The notes below the pieces were generated by a model, which was not told the DNA's origin, did no database searches, and was given only the letters and a program-made list of their open reading frames with translations. This document shows, piece after piece, positions 25,068 through 34,083 of a stretch of DNA of 64,000 nt. A program made the translations under genes and the position numbers. The stretch comes from Candidatus Anstonella stagnisolia (lineage in GTDB: Archaea; Micrarchaeota; Micrarchaeia; Anstonellales; Anstonellaceae), in the NCBI GenBank assembly GCA_902384585.1, contig CABMCJ010000001.1, positions 671 to 64,670 on the forward strand, given 5' to 3'. Numbering within the stretch: position 1 is the stretch's first letter; every line of letters starts with the position of its first letter.

Positions 25068-25159
25068 GCGCAAACTTGCGCAATGTGCGCTTGAAGAAAG
25101 CCCTGGCAAGCCGCGCGCAATCTTGCGCAGGCTGGCTTGAGAAAAAGCCCTGGCGAATT
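25068..25159. repeat. Two tandem ~46-bp units, each starting with the palindrome GCGCAA-NN-TTGCGC
   Basis: GCGCAAACTTGCGCAATGTGCGCTTGAAGAAAGCCCTGGCAAGCC versus GCGCAATCTTGCGCAGGCTGGCTTGAGAAAAAGCCCTGGCGAATT. They lie in the convergent spacer between carS and the 25159 ORF. Confidence 0.6.
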
Positions 25160-26097
25160 CAGGTATTGTCAACCGTGATTATGCCTGCAACGTCTGGCAT
25201 GTTGATTGGGCTTGCGCCCGTTGCACCGGGCCTGCCAAAAACTCCAAGCGCATGGGAGAGCCCATCAGCAAGCTTTTGCATCCCCTCAAGCCTTTTTTTC
25301 AGTTCAGCAAATATGCCCGTGTAAACGCTTCCTGCTCCGCTGTACAATGTTTCAAGCCTGCCTAAAATCGGCGAAGAGTTCCTCACTGCGGGGTCCGGAA
25401 TGAATTCCTGCCCGCTAAAATGCCCGTCGTCAAGCACAAACACCAAATCTCCCGACACGCTTAAGCTTGCAAAACCTGCTTTGCTTCTTGTCAAATTTAC
25501 TGCCCGCCCGCCAAAGTAAACGCCGCCTGCATGAAAGCTGAAATAAAGCTCGGTTCCACCCCTGCGTGCAATCACGGGGCGCGCAGCGCAGTGCGAATGC
25601 GCGTTTCTGTCCACCCACTCGTTCAGGTTTTCCACTTCGCTGCTTTTCTTCCCGCCAAGAACGCTTTCAAAAAGCAGCGGAACGTCCTCAAAACGCACAA
25701 GCAGCCGCGCAGCATAAGCCGCCCTTCTGGGGTCCCTGTTGATGCCCGCCCCGTACAAGCTGTCGGGGTTCCCGTATCCCACTACAAACGGGCCATAAGG
25801 CGGCACTTTTCCCGTGTTCAACGCAAGCCCATGGTCGGTATTGTTCAAGTCTTCTTTTCCAATGCCTTGTTTCCAGTCCTTCCCATCAGGCAGTGAACCC
25901 CACACAGTTGTGGCGGGTGCAGCAAGCCCCCTGCCTGCATCAAGTATGCACTGTGCCCTGTCCACAAACGAGCCTTTCTGCACAAGCTCCTGCCTGCTGG
26001 GCGCTAACTGCACTTTTTTCAAAATAGACGCATCAACTATTTTAGTTGCATTTGCCATATGCGGATATATGGCAGAAAAAGCGTTTAAACATGCCAC
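25159..26097 (-). CDS. Hypothetical protein (312 aa), no recognisable domain
   Basis: ORF track only. The start abuts the stop of the PAC2 gene, implying co-transcription with nop10-PAC2. No signal peptide or TM. Confidence 0.5.
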   Translation of the reverse strand: MACLNAFSAIYPHMANATKIVDASILKKVQLAPSRQELVQKGSFVDRAQCILDAGRGLAAPATTVWGSLPDGKDWKQGIGKEDLNNTDHGLALNTGKVPPYGPFVVGYGNPDSLYGAGINRDPRRAAYAARLLVRFEDVPLLFESVLGGKKSSEVENLNEWVDRNAHSHCAARPVIARRGGTELYFSFHAGGVYFGGRAVNLTRSKAGFASLSVSGDLVFVLDDGHFSGQEFIPDPAVRNSSPILGRLETLYSGAGSVYTGIFAELKKRLEGMQKLADGLSHALGVFGRPGATGASPINMPDVAGIITVDNT

Positions 26098-26856
26098 TTA
26101 TCGTATGTAAGTGAGGTCCTTGCTTGCGGGAGCGAGCATTTGCTGCTGCTTTGCAGCCTCGGTCTCAAGCTTTTTCATGAACTTCTCGCCCTCTTTTGCG
26201 CGCTCCTGCAGTTTCTTGGTGTCTATTTTTACGCCCAGCATTTTTGAGAGCACTCCAAGGACCGCCTGCGCGCTCTTTGCATCTACGTACGCGCCGTGCG
26301 TCTCGCCCATGAGGCACACTCCCTGCATGTCGCGCAGTTTCCCAAGCCCTAAAAGCATCCCTGCCGCGCCTATTATGGAGCCGCGCGTTTCCCCGAATAC
26401 GATTCCATACTTCTTGTATCCTGCAACGATTTTCTTGTGCGATGCGCTCCCGAAAACCTTTGGCTCGGTTGCGCTTTTTCCAAGCCCGTATCCGCCTAGC
26501 GTGATAATCTGCTTTCCCTTGTGCTTTGCAAAAAAGTCAAGCAATTTCCCCGTAACTTCGTATTGCGCTTCGGAAGTGACCGCCTGCACATCCCCCACCA
26601 AAATAAGAAGGTCGTTCTTTTTCCCCTTAATATAATAGATGCGGTTCTTGAGCATCCTAATCGCGCCGTTCTTCTGCATCACTACCTGGTGCGGGAAGTG
26701 CGGCGAATACACGTCCGCAATTTTTTCCGCCTTAAGTTCCCTCACCATATGGTCTGCCGCGAGTTTCCCCACAAGCCCGATTCCCGGCAGCCCCTCTATT
26801 AATATAGGGTTTTTTATCTTGGTTTTCTTGAGCATTACAATTGTTGTCTCTTCCAT
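26098..26856 (-). CDS. PAC2-family (proteasome assembly chaperone-like) protein
   Basis: NPILIEGLPGIGLVGKLAADHMVRELKAEKIADVYSPHFPHQV is typical of the archaeal PAC2/COG1938 family. Confidence 0.75.
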   Translation of the reverse strand: MEETTIVMLKKTKIKNPILIEGLPGIGLVGKLAADHMVRELKAEKIADVYSPHFPHQVVMQKNGAIRMLKNRIYYIKGKKNDLLILVGDVQAVTSEAQYEVTGKLLDFFAKHKGKQIITLGGYGLGKSATEPKVFGSASHKKIVAGYKKYGIVFGETRGSIIGAAGMLLGLGKLRDMQGVCLMGETHGAYVDAKSAQAVLGVLSKMLGVKIDTKKLQERAKEGEKFMKKLETEAAKQQQMLAPASKDLTYIR

Positions 26857-26869
26857 GTTCGCAACCTCT

Positions 26870-27019
26870 TTACTGTGGTGATTTCTCTCCCCTTCTTATA
26901 TAAGCATACTTGTCATGCGGATTGTAATGCGGCGGATGCACGCTTTTTGTCTGCGTGCCGCAGCATTTTTCCTCTAGCGTAAATTTTTTGCACACGCTGC
27001 ACTTGCGTATTTTCTTCAT
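26870..27019 (-). CDS. nop10: H/ACA RNP protein Nop10 (49 aa)
   Basis: Below the ORF-track size cutoff. My translation is MKKIRKCSVCKKFTLEEKCCGTQTKSVHPPHYNPHDKYAYIRRGEKSPQ*: a zinc ribbon plus the PHPP/YSP.DKY motif typical of Nop10. Confidence 0.8.
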   Translation of the reverse strand: MKKIRKCSVCKKFTLEEKCCGTQTKSVHPPHYNPHDKYAYIRRGEKSPQ

Positions 27020-27150
27020 CGCATAAATAAATACGGCAACCAATAAAAAGAAATCAGGTATTGAGCGGTTTCGGGAAACCTCTGCTTTTCCGATAGCTTT
27101 TTATATTGCTTTCACCAATAAACATAAATAAACACTTACTAGTGGTTCCC

Positions 27151-28311
27151 ATGCAAGAATCAGAAAAAACCATAAAATTATTTTATCCGCATCTCGATAA
27201 CGGTTTCTCCCTCACTTGCGTTCCAATACCTGCTTATCCTGTGCCAAAAGCGGTTGTTTCACTGCAATATGCTACGCCTCCGGGCATGATAGGGCAAAAA
27301 CTTAACGAGGAACGGGATTCCGTTGAGAGGGCATTGCGCCAAAACGGTTTTGAAATAACATATTCCTCTTATCGCTGGGCGCGCGACAATATTGTATATT
27401 TCAAGGGCAATGTGCTTGATTCATATATGTTCAGCACCCTCGGCACGGGCGGTTTGGTGGTGGGGGGAAAAAATTTCGTCCTTCTCTCCTCACACGTTAC
27501 TTCAACCCCGCTGCTCACAGTCTCAACGGCATTGCAACTTTTCAGCGTAATCGGGCCAGGGGGCAAAACAGTTTCGCAGGAGCTTTTTCCAAATGCGCAG
27601 CCATTTTTCCTTGAGCCCATGAAAACTGCTGACGGATCATTATACTCTCCAAACTTGCACATAGATTTATCCGTCGGCAGCATACCTCCGCTTAATTTGA
27701 TTACAGTTGATTACATGCACTACATGCAGCAGAGGGAAATTTTTAACGCATTGAAAAATAAAGGGGTGGAAGTCCGCGTAACAGAACCCAATAGTGACGA
27801 GCAGCGCCGCTTATACGGCAACAATTATTTTGTTGCATGGGAAGGAAGGGAAAAACCATTTGTGCTCGTAAACAAAGCTTCAACCGAAGTGCTTGCGGCG
27901 CTTGAAGATTTCAAGGATAAAATGGACATCACTACGACCGACAGGGACATTATAATCCATCCGTCAGGGCAAAATGGCGGCGTGGGCTGCATGACGAACC
28001 TATCTCATGCAGATGCAATTTCAGTATTTTTCAAGCGTATAGATTTTTTCGAGGAGGATGTAGAAGAAAGATTGTTCGAATCTGCCAGGTCAAGCGCAAA
28101 ATTGCCTGGCTTTGGTGCGCGAGAGTTTGCCAGCTTCAGGTTTATCCCTGCAATAGCCCAGGAAACTCCTGAACAAAGCCAAGCGCTGGAAGCAAAAATG
28201 CAAATACTGAAAGAGCATATGGGTGCGCTAATGAAGCGCAAAAAATCTCCAGTCGCCAAAATGTTCACATTTATCGGGAAAAAGCTCGGCGTAACAAAGC
28301 AACCTTTATAA
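27151..28311 (+). CDS. Guanidino-group-modifying enzyme (amidinotransferase/deiminase) superfamily-like protein
   Basis: From ORF 27106..28311; the start is at MQESEKTIKLFYP. NGGVGCMTNLSH resembles the C-terminal catalytic-Cys motif (GG..C.T) of this superfamily. It has a ~100-aa C-terminal extension. Confidence 0.45.
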   Translation: MQESEKTIKLFYPHLDNGFSLTCVPIPAYPVPKAVVSLQYATPPGMIGQKLNEERDSVERALRQNGFEITYSSYRWARDNIVYFKGNVLDSYMFSTLGTGGLVVGGKNFVLLSSHVTSTPLLTVSTALQLFSVIGPGGKTVSQELFPNAQPFFLEPMKTADGSLYSPNLHIDLSVGSIPPLNLITVDYMHYMQQREIFNALKNKGVEVRVTEPNSDEQRRLYGNNYFVAWEGREKPFVLVNKASTEVLAALEDFKDKMDITTTDRDIIIHPSGQNGGVGCMTNLSHADAISVFFKRIDFFEEDVEERLFESARSSAKLPGFGAREFASFRFIPAIAQETPEQSQALEAKMQILKEHMGALMKRKKSPVAKMFTFIGKKLGVTKQPL

Positions 28312-28475
28312 ATAGTTCCCATCTAAATAAAGTCCACTTCTTACTTAACTGTAAGATGACACTTCTGCACTTGCATTTTGCATGCGGCGGAAATCATTTG
28401 TGCTGCTAATACCGCGCCCGATGGGTGGCGGCTGGCATAAATGCAATCGGACATTTAGTTTAGAGGAGATGACAC

Positions 28476-29429
28476 ATGTCAAAGAGGCATTCACACCGAA
28501 GAGGCTCACTCGCGTTCAAGCCGAGGAAACGCGCGATTTCACAAATGCCTAGCATAAACTTTTGGCCGCAGAGTTCCGAGAAAAGATTGCTCGGATTTGC
28601 AGGCTACAAGGCAGGCATGACGCATATTGCATTTATAGAGGACGGGAATTCGCCAAACAAGGGCGTCGAAGTTTCCTCGCCCGTAACAATTATTGAAGTG
28701 CCGCCAATGTGCGTGTATGGCGTGCGCGGCTATAAAGCCGGAAACGTGCTCGCCGATGTCCTCTGTTCTGATATGAAATTGCTTGCCCCACTCGGCATAA
28801 AGAAACTTGCTTCTTCTGATTCATCCGTTCTCACATCCTCAACACCTGATTCTATTTTTGTGCTCGTATATGCGCAGCCGCAAAAAACAGGAATAGGAAA
28901 GAAATGCGTTGAGCGCATGGAAATCGCAGTGGGCGGAAAAGATTCAAAAGAGGCGCTCGAATACGCACTCACGCTCCTTGGAAAAGAAGTAAAGGCATCC
29001 GAAGTTTTCAAGCCCGGCGAATACGTTGACACAGTTTCAGTTACAATCGGAAAAGGCTGGCAGGGCGTTGTAAAGCGCCACGGCGTGCACAAGCAAAGGA
29101 GAAAGGCAACAGGGAAAGTAAGGCACGCAGGAACTCTCGGTCCCTGGCACCCCGGCTACGTCCAATACTCTGCCCCAATGGCAGGGCAAATGGGATACCA
29201 CCACCGCACAGAACTCAACAAGCGCGTTATGAAAACAGGCGCAGGCGCGGAGATAAACCCCAAGGGCGGTTTCCTGCACTACGGCATTATTTCAAATGAA
29301 TACGTTATGCTCGCAGGCTCAGTAGGCGGCCCAGTAAAGCGCCTTATTCGTATGCGAAAGGCAGTGCGCATGAGCGCGGCCCCTAAAGTTCCTGACATAA
29401 AGTACGTTTCAACAGACTCAAAGCAGTGA
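28476..29429 (+). CDS. rpl3: Ribosomal protein uL3
   Basis: HRRGSLAFKPRKRA...GFAGYKAGMTH. First gene of the conserved cluster. Confidence 0.95.
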   Translation: MSKRHSHRRGSLAFKPRKRAISQMPSINFWPQSSEKRLLGFAGYKAGMTHIAFIEDGNSPNKGVEVSSPVTIIEVPPMCVYGVRGYKAGNVLADVLCSDMKLLAPLGIKKLASSDSSVLTSSTPDSIFVLVYAQPQKTGIGKKCVERMEIAVGGKDSKEALEYALTLLGKEVKASEVFKPGEYVDTVSVTIGKGWQGVVKRHGVHKQRRKATGKVRHAGTLGPWHPGYVQYSAPMAGQMGYHHRTELNKRVMKTGAGAEINPKGGFLHYGIISNEYVMLAGSVGGPVKRLIRMRKAVRMSAAPKVPDIKYVSTDSKQ

Positions 29430-29433
29430 TTGA

Positions 29434-30225
29434 ATGAAAACACAAGTATACTCAGCAGAAGGGAAACAAGTGCGCGAGCTTACGCTGCCGGTGCAGTTTG
29501 AACAAAAGGTAAACGAGCAGCTCATTTACCGCGCAGTGCTTTCAGACTACAGCTCTCAATACCAGCCAAAGGGCTCTGACCCGTGGGCAGGCATGATGAC
29601 GTCCGCAAAGTACAAAGGAAGGAAAGAGGACTTTGGCTCTGCAAAGAACCACGGCATTGCAATGCTCCCGCGCGAAGTTCTCGCGAAAGGAAAATTCGGA
29701 AGGGTACGCAGGATTCCCTCTTCAGTAAAGGGGCGCCGCGCACACCCGCCAAAACCAGAAAAACAATTATACGAGGCAGTGAACAAGAAGGAATACGCAA
29801 AGGCAATAAAATGCGCGCTCTCGGCATGCGCACAAAAAGTGCTTGTGCAAAAAAGAGGCCACAAATTCGCAGACACGCTCGCACTCCCTCCAGTGCTTGA
29901 GAAAAAGTGCGAGGAAATCTCAAAAACAAAACAGATGCTCATGCTCCTGAAAGCCCTTGGCGTTTCAGCAGATTTGGAACGCGCCCGCGTTACAAAAATA
30001 CGCACAGGAATGGGAGGCACGCGAAGAGGCGGCGTACAGACGCCCCGCTCAGTTCTCATAGTTGCCCCACAGGGGAGCAAGATACTTCGCGCAGCAGAAA
30101 ACATCGCGGGCGTTGACGCAGTGAGCACAAAAAGGCTCTCGTGCTCCATGCTCGCGCCGGGAACGCACTGCGGAAGGCTCACGCTTTTCACAGAGGGCGC
30201 AATAGAGGAAATCGCAAAAATGTAA
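29434..30225 (+). CDS. rpl4: Ribosomal protein uL4
   Basis: Sequence pattern and position after uL3. Confidence 0.93.
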   Translation: MKTQVYSAEGKQVRELTLPVQFEQKVNEQLIYRAVLSDYSSQYQPKGSDPWAGMMTSAKYKGRKEDFGSAKNHGIAMLPREVLAKGKFGRVRRIPSSVKGRRAHPPKPEKQLYEAVNKKEYAKAIKCALSACAQKVLVQKRGHKFADTLALPPVLEKKCEEISKTKQMLMLLKALGVSADLERARVTKIRTGMGGTRRGGVQTPRSVLIVAPQGSKILRAAENIAGVDAVSTKRLSCSMLAPGTHCGRLTLFTEGAIEEIAKM

Positions 30226-30234
30226 GTGATATTC

Positions 30235-30483
30235 ATGGCAATACTTTACCCAATAACAACTGAAAAAGCCGTCGGCATGATTGAGCTTGAGAACAATCTC
30301 ATTTTCGTAGTTGAACTGAACGCAACAAAGAAAATGATAAAGGACGACGTTGAAAAGCAGTTCGCAGTAAAGGTTGCAAAAGTTACAACGCACATAACCC
30401 CAAAAGGGCAGAAGCGCGCGTTCGTAAAATTGCAGGAAGGCTTCAAGGCAGATGACCTTGCAGCTAAACTCAAGATAGTATAA
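30235..30483 (+). CDS. rpl23: Ribosomal protein uL23
   Basis: ILYPITTEKAVGMIE...FVVELNATKKMIKDDVEKQF. The ATG at 30235 is preceded by GTGAT. Confidence 0.93.
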   Translation: MAILYPITTEKAVGMIELENNLIFVVELNATKKMIKDDVEKQFAVKVAKVTTHITPKGQKRAFVKLQEGFKADDLAAKLKIV

Positions 30484-30492
30484 GGTGTGCTC

Positions 30493-31233
30493 ATGGGAAA
30501 ATTACTCAAACAACAGCGAAGAGGAAAAGGCAGCGGCGCATACCGCGCACCATCTCACCGCTACAAGGCAAACTTGCAATACCGCAAATACGACGAGGTT
30601 GAAAAGACCTCCTCGCTTCGCGGGCAAATCCTTGAGTTCATAGACGACCCTGCAAGGGGCGCACTCCTGATGAACGTTGCACTCCAGAACGGCGAGCGCT
30701 TAATGCTTCTTGCCCCTGAAGGCGCAGTAATAGGCGGCCATGTTGACCTTGGGGTTCAGGCTTCCTACACGCTCGGCGGCGTATACCCGCTCTCAAGGAT
30801 GCCGGATGGCGCAACAGTGTACAACATAGAGATGCAGCCTGGGGACGGCGGAAAGCTCGTGCGCGCACCAGGCTCATATGCAACAGTTGTTTCGCGCGAA
30901 AAGGATTACGTTTATGTAAAGCTTCCATCAAGAAAAGTGCTCTCGCTTCCGGCAACGTGCAGGGTGCAGTTTGGAATTGTGTGCGGAGGCGGAAGGCTCG
31001 AAATGCCCCTTATGAAAGCAGGCACGAACTTCTACAAGAAGCACGCACAGAACCGCCGCTGGCCAGTGAACAGGGGAGTAAAGATGTGCTCCTACACGCA
31101 TCCGTTTGGCGGAAAGCAGCACCACAAGGGAAGAAGCAGCACTACAAGCAGGGGCGCACCGCCTGGACGCAAAGTCGGGCACATTGCAGCACGCTCAACT
31201 GGGCGGCGCAAGGCGCGCACTGATGCACAATAA
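30493..31233 (+). CDS. rpl2: Ribosomal protein uL2
   Basis: GKLLKQQRRGKGSGAYRAPSHRYK...HPFGGKQHHKG. SD GGTG lies upstream. Confidence 0.95.
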   Translation: MGKLLKQQRRGKGSGAYRAPSHRYKANLQYRKYDEVEKTSSLRGQILEFIDDPARGALLMNVALQNGERLMLLAPEGAVIGGHVDLGVQASYTLGGVYPLSRMPDGATVYNIEMQPGDGGKLVRAPGSYATVVSREKDYVYVKLPSRKVLSLPATCRVQFGIVCGGGRLEMPLMKAGTNFYKKHAQNRRWPVNRGVKMCSYTHPFGGKQHHKGRSSTTSRGAPPGRKVGHIAARSTGRRKARTDAQ

Positions 31234-31241
31234 GTGATTTT

Positions 31242-31643
31242 ATGGCACGAGTAGAAAAAATGAGAGGCAAGGACAAGGCAGCCCTAGAGGGCATCACGCA
31301 CGAGCAAATGCTCGCGCTGCTCACTTCGCGTGCGCGCAGGAGCGTGCTTCGCGGCGCCTCAAAGTCCATGGTGTACAAGAAGTTCATGAAGAAAGTCGCG
31401 GCAATAAAGAAGGCAAACCCTGCGAAAGTGATAAAGACGCACGTGCGCGACGCAGTGGTCCTCCCGGACTGGGTGGGGCTCACGTTCGGCGTGCACAACG
31501 GAAAGGAATTCAAAAACGTGCAGATTACGGTTGACAAGATAGGATGCCGCCTCGGCGACTTTGCGCACACAACAGGAAGGGTGTTGCACTCAGGGCCCGG
31601 TGTAGGCGCAACGCGCGGGTCAAAGTTCATCCCGCTCAAGTAA
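31242..31643 (+). CDS. rps19: Ribosomal protein uS19
   Basis: Sequence pattern and conserved order. Confidence 0.93.
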   Translation: MARVEKMRGKDKAALEGITHEQMLALLTSRARRSVLRGASKSMVYKKFMKKVAAIKKANPAKVIKTHVRDAVVLPDWVGLTFGVHNGKEFKNVQITVDKIGCRLGDFAHTTGRVLHSGPGVGATRGSKFIPLK

Positions 31644-31652
31644 GTGAGATTT

Positions 31653-32354
31653 ATGTATTCGTACGAACCAAAAGGAAAAAACTTCGGCCGTGCATACGTG
31701 CAGGGCGTGAACGCATCGTTTAAGGACCTGTGCGCAGTGTGCGACTCAGTTCGCGGAAGGAACGCGCAGAGCGCAATTGAATTCCTCGCGGCAGCCGCAA
31801 AGGGAGAGAAGGCAATCGCATACCGCACGCACAACGCCGGAATGGGGCACCGCAAGGAGCTCGGCGGCAGGAAAGGCGGATACCCCAAGAAGGCGGCAGG
31901 CATAATACTTAAACTCGTGGAGAGCGCATACGCGAACGCGAGCATAAAGGGATTCACAAACCTCAAGGTAAAGCACATAAGCGCAAACAAGCAGAACTGC
32001 CTTCCGCGCATGTCCCCGAAGGGAAAGCGCATGAGGATGGACTACGAGACTGCGAATGCGCAGGTAGTGCTTGAGGAAATTTCCACTCCGGCATGGTCAA
32101 AGCCAAGGGCAAAGAAAAAGGCAGTGAAGGCACAGCCAAAAATGCCCGTAGCGAAAAAGGAAAAGCCAGCCGAAGCAAAACCAGCAGAAACAAAAACCGC
32201 AGTTGATGCAAAAACAACTCCAATAACAACGCCGGCAAAAACAGAAACAGTGAATGCTCAAAAATCAGCAACGCCAGCACAAACAACGCCGGCAAAAACA
32301 GAAACAGTGAATGCTCAAAAATCAGCAACGCCTGCAGCATCAAAACCGCAATAA
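31653..32354 (+). CDS. rpl22: Ribosomal protein uL22 with ~85-aa K/A/P/T-rich C-terminal extension
   Basis: YSYEPKGKNFGRAYVQGVNASFKDL...GMGHRKELGGRKGGYPKKAA. The tail contains a 19-aa tandem duplication. Confidence 0.93.
   Translation: MYSYEPKGKNFGRAYVQGVNASFKDLCAVCDSVRGRNAQSAIEFLAAAAKGEKAIAYRTHNAGMGHRKELGGRKGGYPKKAAGIILKLVESAYANASIKGFTNLKVKHISANKQNCLPRMSPKGKRMRMDYETANAQVVLEEISTPAWSKPRAKKKAVKAQPKMPVAKKEKPAEAKPAETKTAVDAKTTPITTPAKTETVNAQKSATPAQTTPAKTETVNAQKSATPAASKPQ
32226..32332 (+). repeat. Near-perfect 57-bp tandem duplication inside the uL22 tail
   Basis: ACAACGCCGGCAAAAACAGAAACAGTGAATGCTCAAAAATCAGCAACGCC occurs twice (starts 32226 and 32283). It encodes TTPAKTETVNAQKSATPA twice. Confidence 0.9.
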
Positions 32355-32365
32355 AAAGTGATTGA

Positions 32366-33100
32366 ATGGGAATAGAAAAGAAATTCATCGAGGATTCAAT
32401 AAGCCTGTACCGAGTTTCGCAGTTTTTGGAAACCGAGCTTGACAGGGCAGGATTCTCACGCGTGCTCATACAGCGCACACCAATGGTGACGCGCATAAAT
32501 GTAGAGGTAATGAACCCCGGAAAAGTTATCGGGAAAAAGGGAAAGAGCATACGCGATCTCACAGACGCGATTGCAAATGAGTTCGGCATAAAAGACCCGC
32601 AGATATCCGCGTCCGAGGTTGGAAACCCGTCGCTTGAACCAAGGCTCATGGCAAAGAAAGCATGCCGCTTCATTGAAATGGGAAAGAAAATCCGCCCAAT
32701 ATTGCATTCATTGCTCAGGGAGATAATGGAGAACGGCGCGCTTGGCGCAGAAATAATCGCAAGCGGCAAAATCGCAGCAAAGGGAGGCCGCTCAAAATCC
32801 TTCCGTGTGTTCGCAGGATACATTCCAAAGGCAGGAGAGCCCGCAAGGCTTGTGCTCCAAAACCACGTTACCGCTTACCCCAAGTCCGGCGCAATCGGCG
32901 TGCTTGTGCGCATAGTCGCGCCCAACACAGTGTTCCCGGACAAGGTCGGCAAGATGAAGAAGATTGAAATCCCCAAGATAATCGCATCCGCAGAGGATGT
33001 TGAGAACGTTGCAAAGCGCAACGAGGCGGACGAGGCAAAGGAAGAGGAGCGCAAGGCAATCGCTGAAAAGCAGAAGCGCCCGCACCCGCAGAAAAGATAA
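32366..33100 (+). CDS. rps3: Ribosomal protein uS3
   Basis: KH-domain N-terminus, conserved order, acidic/basic tail. Confidence 0.93.
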   Translation: MGIEKKFIEDSISLYRVSQFLETELDRAGFSRVLIQRTPMVTRINVEVMNPGKVIGKKGKSIRDLTDAIANEFGIKDPQISASEVGNPSLEPRLMAKKACRFIEMGKKIRPILHSLLREIMENGALGAEIIASGKIAAKGGRSKSFRVFAGYIPKAGEPARLVLQNHVTAYPKSGAIGVLVRIVAPNTVFPDKVGKMKKIEIPKIIASAEDVENVAKRNEADEAKEEERKAIAEKQKRPHPQKR

Positions 33101-33116
33101 ATGAAAAGTGATTCTC

Positions 33117-33413
33117 ATGGCAATAATGAAAAAAAAGGAAATGCGCGAGTCCTCGGACACAACTCTGCAGGAGAAGCTCACGACATACGTGCGCGAGCTG
33201 AACTTCGAGAAGGGCGTTGTGAAGAACGGCGGAAGGACGAGCAACCCTGGCAAAATAAAGGAGCTCCGCCACACGGTTGCGCGCATACTCACGATACTGC
33301 ATGAAAGGAAAGAAAGCAAAACCGTCGGCACAAAACTGCCGCCGGTCGCAGCAAAGCCTGCTGCAAAAAAAGATGCAAAAAAAGAGAAAGTTGAGGTGAA
33401 AAACGTTGCGTGA
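33117..33413 (+). CDS. rpl29: Ribosomal protein uL29 with K/A-rich tail
   Basis: MAIMKKKEMRESSDTTLQEKLTTYVRELNFEKG. The ATG is preceded by GTGAT. Confidence 0.9.
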   Translation: MAIMKKKEMRESSDTTLQEKLTTYVRELNFEKGVVKNGGRTSNPGKIKELRHTVARILTILHERKESKTVGTKLPPVAAKPAAKKDAKKEKVEVKNVA

Positions 33414-33723
33414 AACTTGCCCAAAGTGCGGACTGATGAAGGAAATATGCGCCTGCGACATCCTTGAAAAAGAGGAAGTGCAGACAATCCGCGTATATGC
33501 CACGAAGAAGAAATTCAAGAAACTCGTGACAGTCGTGGAAGGCATAACACCGGACAAAATAGAGGAAACCGCGCGCGAGCTCAAGACAAAACTCGCATGC
33601 GGTGGCACTGCAAAAGGCGGGCTCATCGTGCTCCAGGGGGACCACAAGCGCAAGGCAAAACCCTTGCTCGTGTCCATGGGGTACACAGAGTCCAGCATAA
33701 GGGTGCTTGAAGGCCTCCAATAA
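33406..33723 (+). CDS. sui1: Translation initiation factor aSUI1 (eIF1 homolog)
   Basis: CPKCG...CAC N-terminal Zn motif, then IRVYATKKKFKKLVTVVEGI...KLACGGTAKGGLIVLQGDHKRK. TTG start 8 nt after GAGGTGA. Confidence 0.9.
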   Translation: MRETCPKCGLMKEICACDILEKEEVQTIRVYATKKKFKKLVTVVEGITPDKIEETARELKTKLACGGTAKGGLIVLQGDHKRKAKPLLVSMGYTESSIRVLEGLQ

Positions 33724-33735
33724 TTCGGTGATGAA

Positions 33736-34011
33736 ATGCGCTGCGCACAAAACCTTCCGTTGCATGAGCTGCTGGGAACAACCGCGAAAGTCGTTGGTCC
33801 AAAAGGCAGCACATTCGCCGGATTGTCCGGCATGGTGGTGGATGAAAGCAAGCACACACTCGTGCTCGAGGGGAAAAAGCAGGTGCGCGTCCCGAAAAAG
33901 GGATGCACATTTGTGTTCGCATATGAGGGGAAAAAGACAAGGCTGGAAGGCAAGGAAATTGCATTCCGTGCCGAGGAGCGCATAAAGAAAGCGAAACCTC
34001 ATGTACAATAA
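33736..34011 (+). CDS. rnp1: RNase P protein component 1 (Rpp29/Pop4)
   Basis: HELLGTTAKVVGPKGSTFAGLSGMVVDESKHTLVLE. Canonical position between uL29 and uS17. Confidence 0.85.
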   Translation: MRCAQNLPLHELLGTTAKVVGPKGSTFAGLSGMVVDESKHTLVLEGKKQVRVPKKGCTFVFAYEGKKTRLEGKEIAFRAEERIKKAKPHVQ

Positions 34012-34083
34012 ACAGAAAAAATGGCGGAAAATCCGCGCAACGAAAAGAAAATGAAATGAACAGAAAACTCATGGTGATATGAA

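Noticed and set aside
25068-25159. Tandem repeats here and at 49582..49694 as possible mini-CRISPR arrays.
   Set aside because: There are only 2-3 directly abutting, diverging units with no unique spacers, and no cas genes or leader.
31142-33983. Long minus-strand ORFs (296, 286, 231, 371 and 239 aa) antisense to uS19-Rpp29, and a similar 323-aa ORF at 40367..41338.
   Set aside because: They are antisense shadows of highly conserved ribosomal-protein genes. The sequences are low-complexity (S/A/F/C/R-rich) with no motifs.
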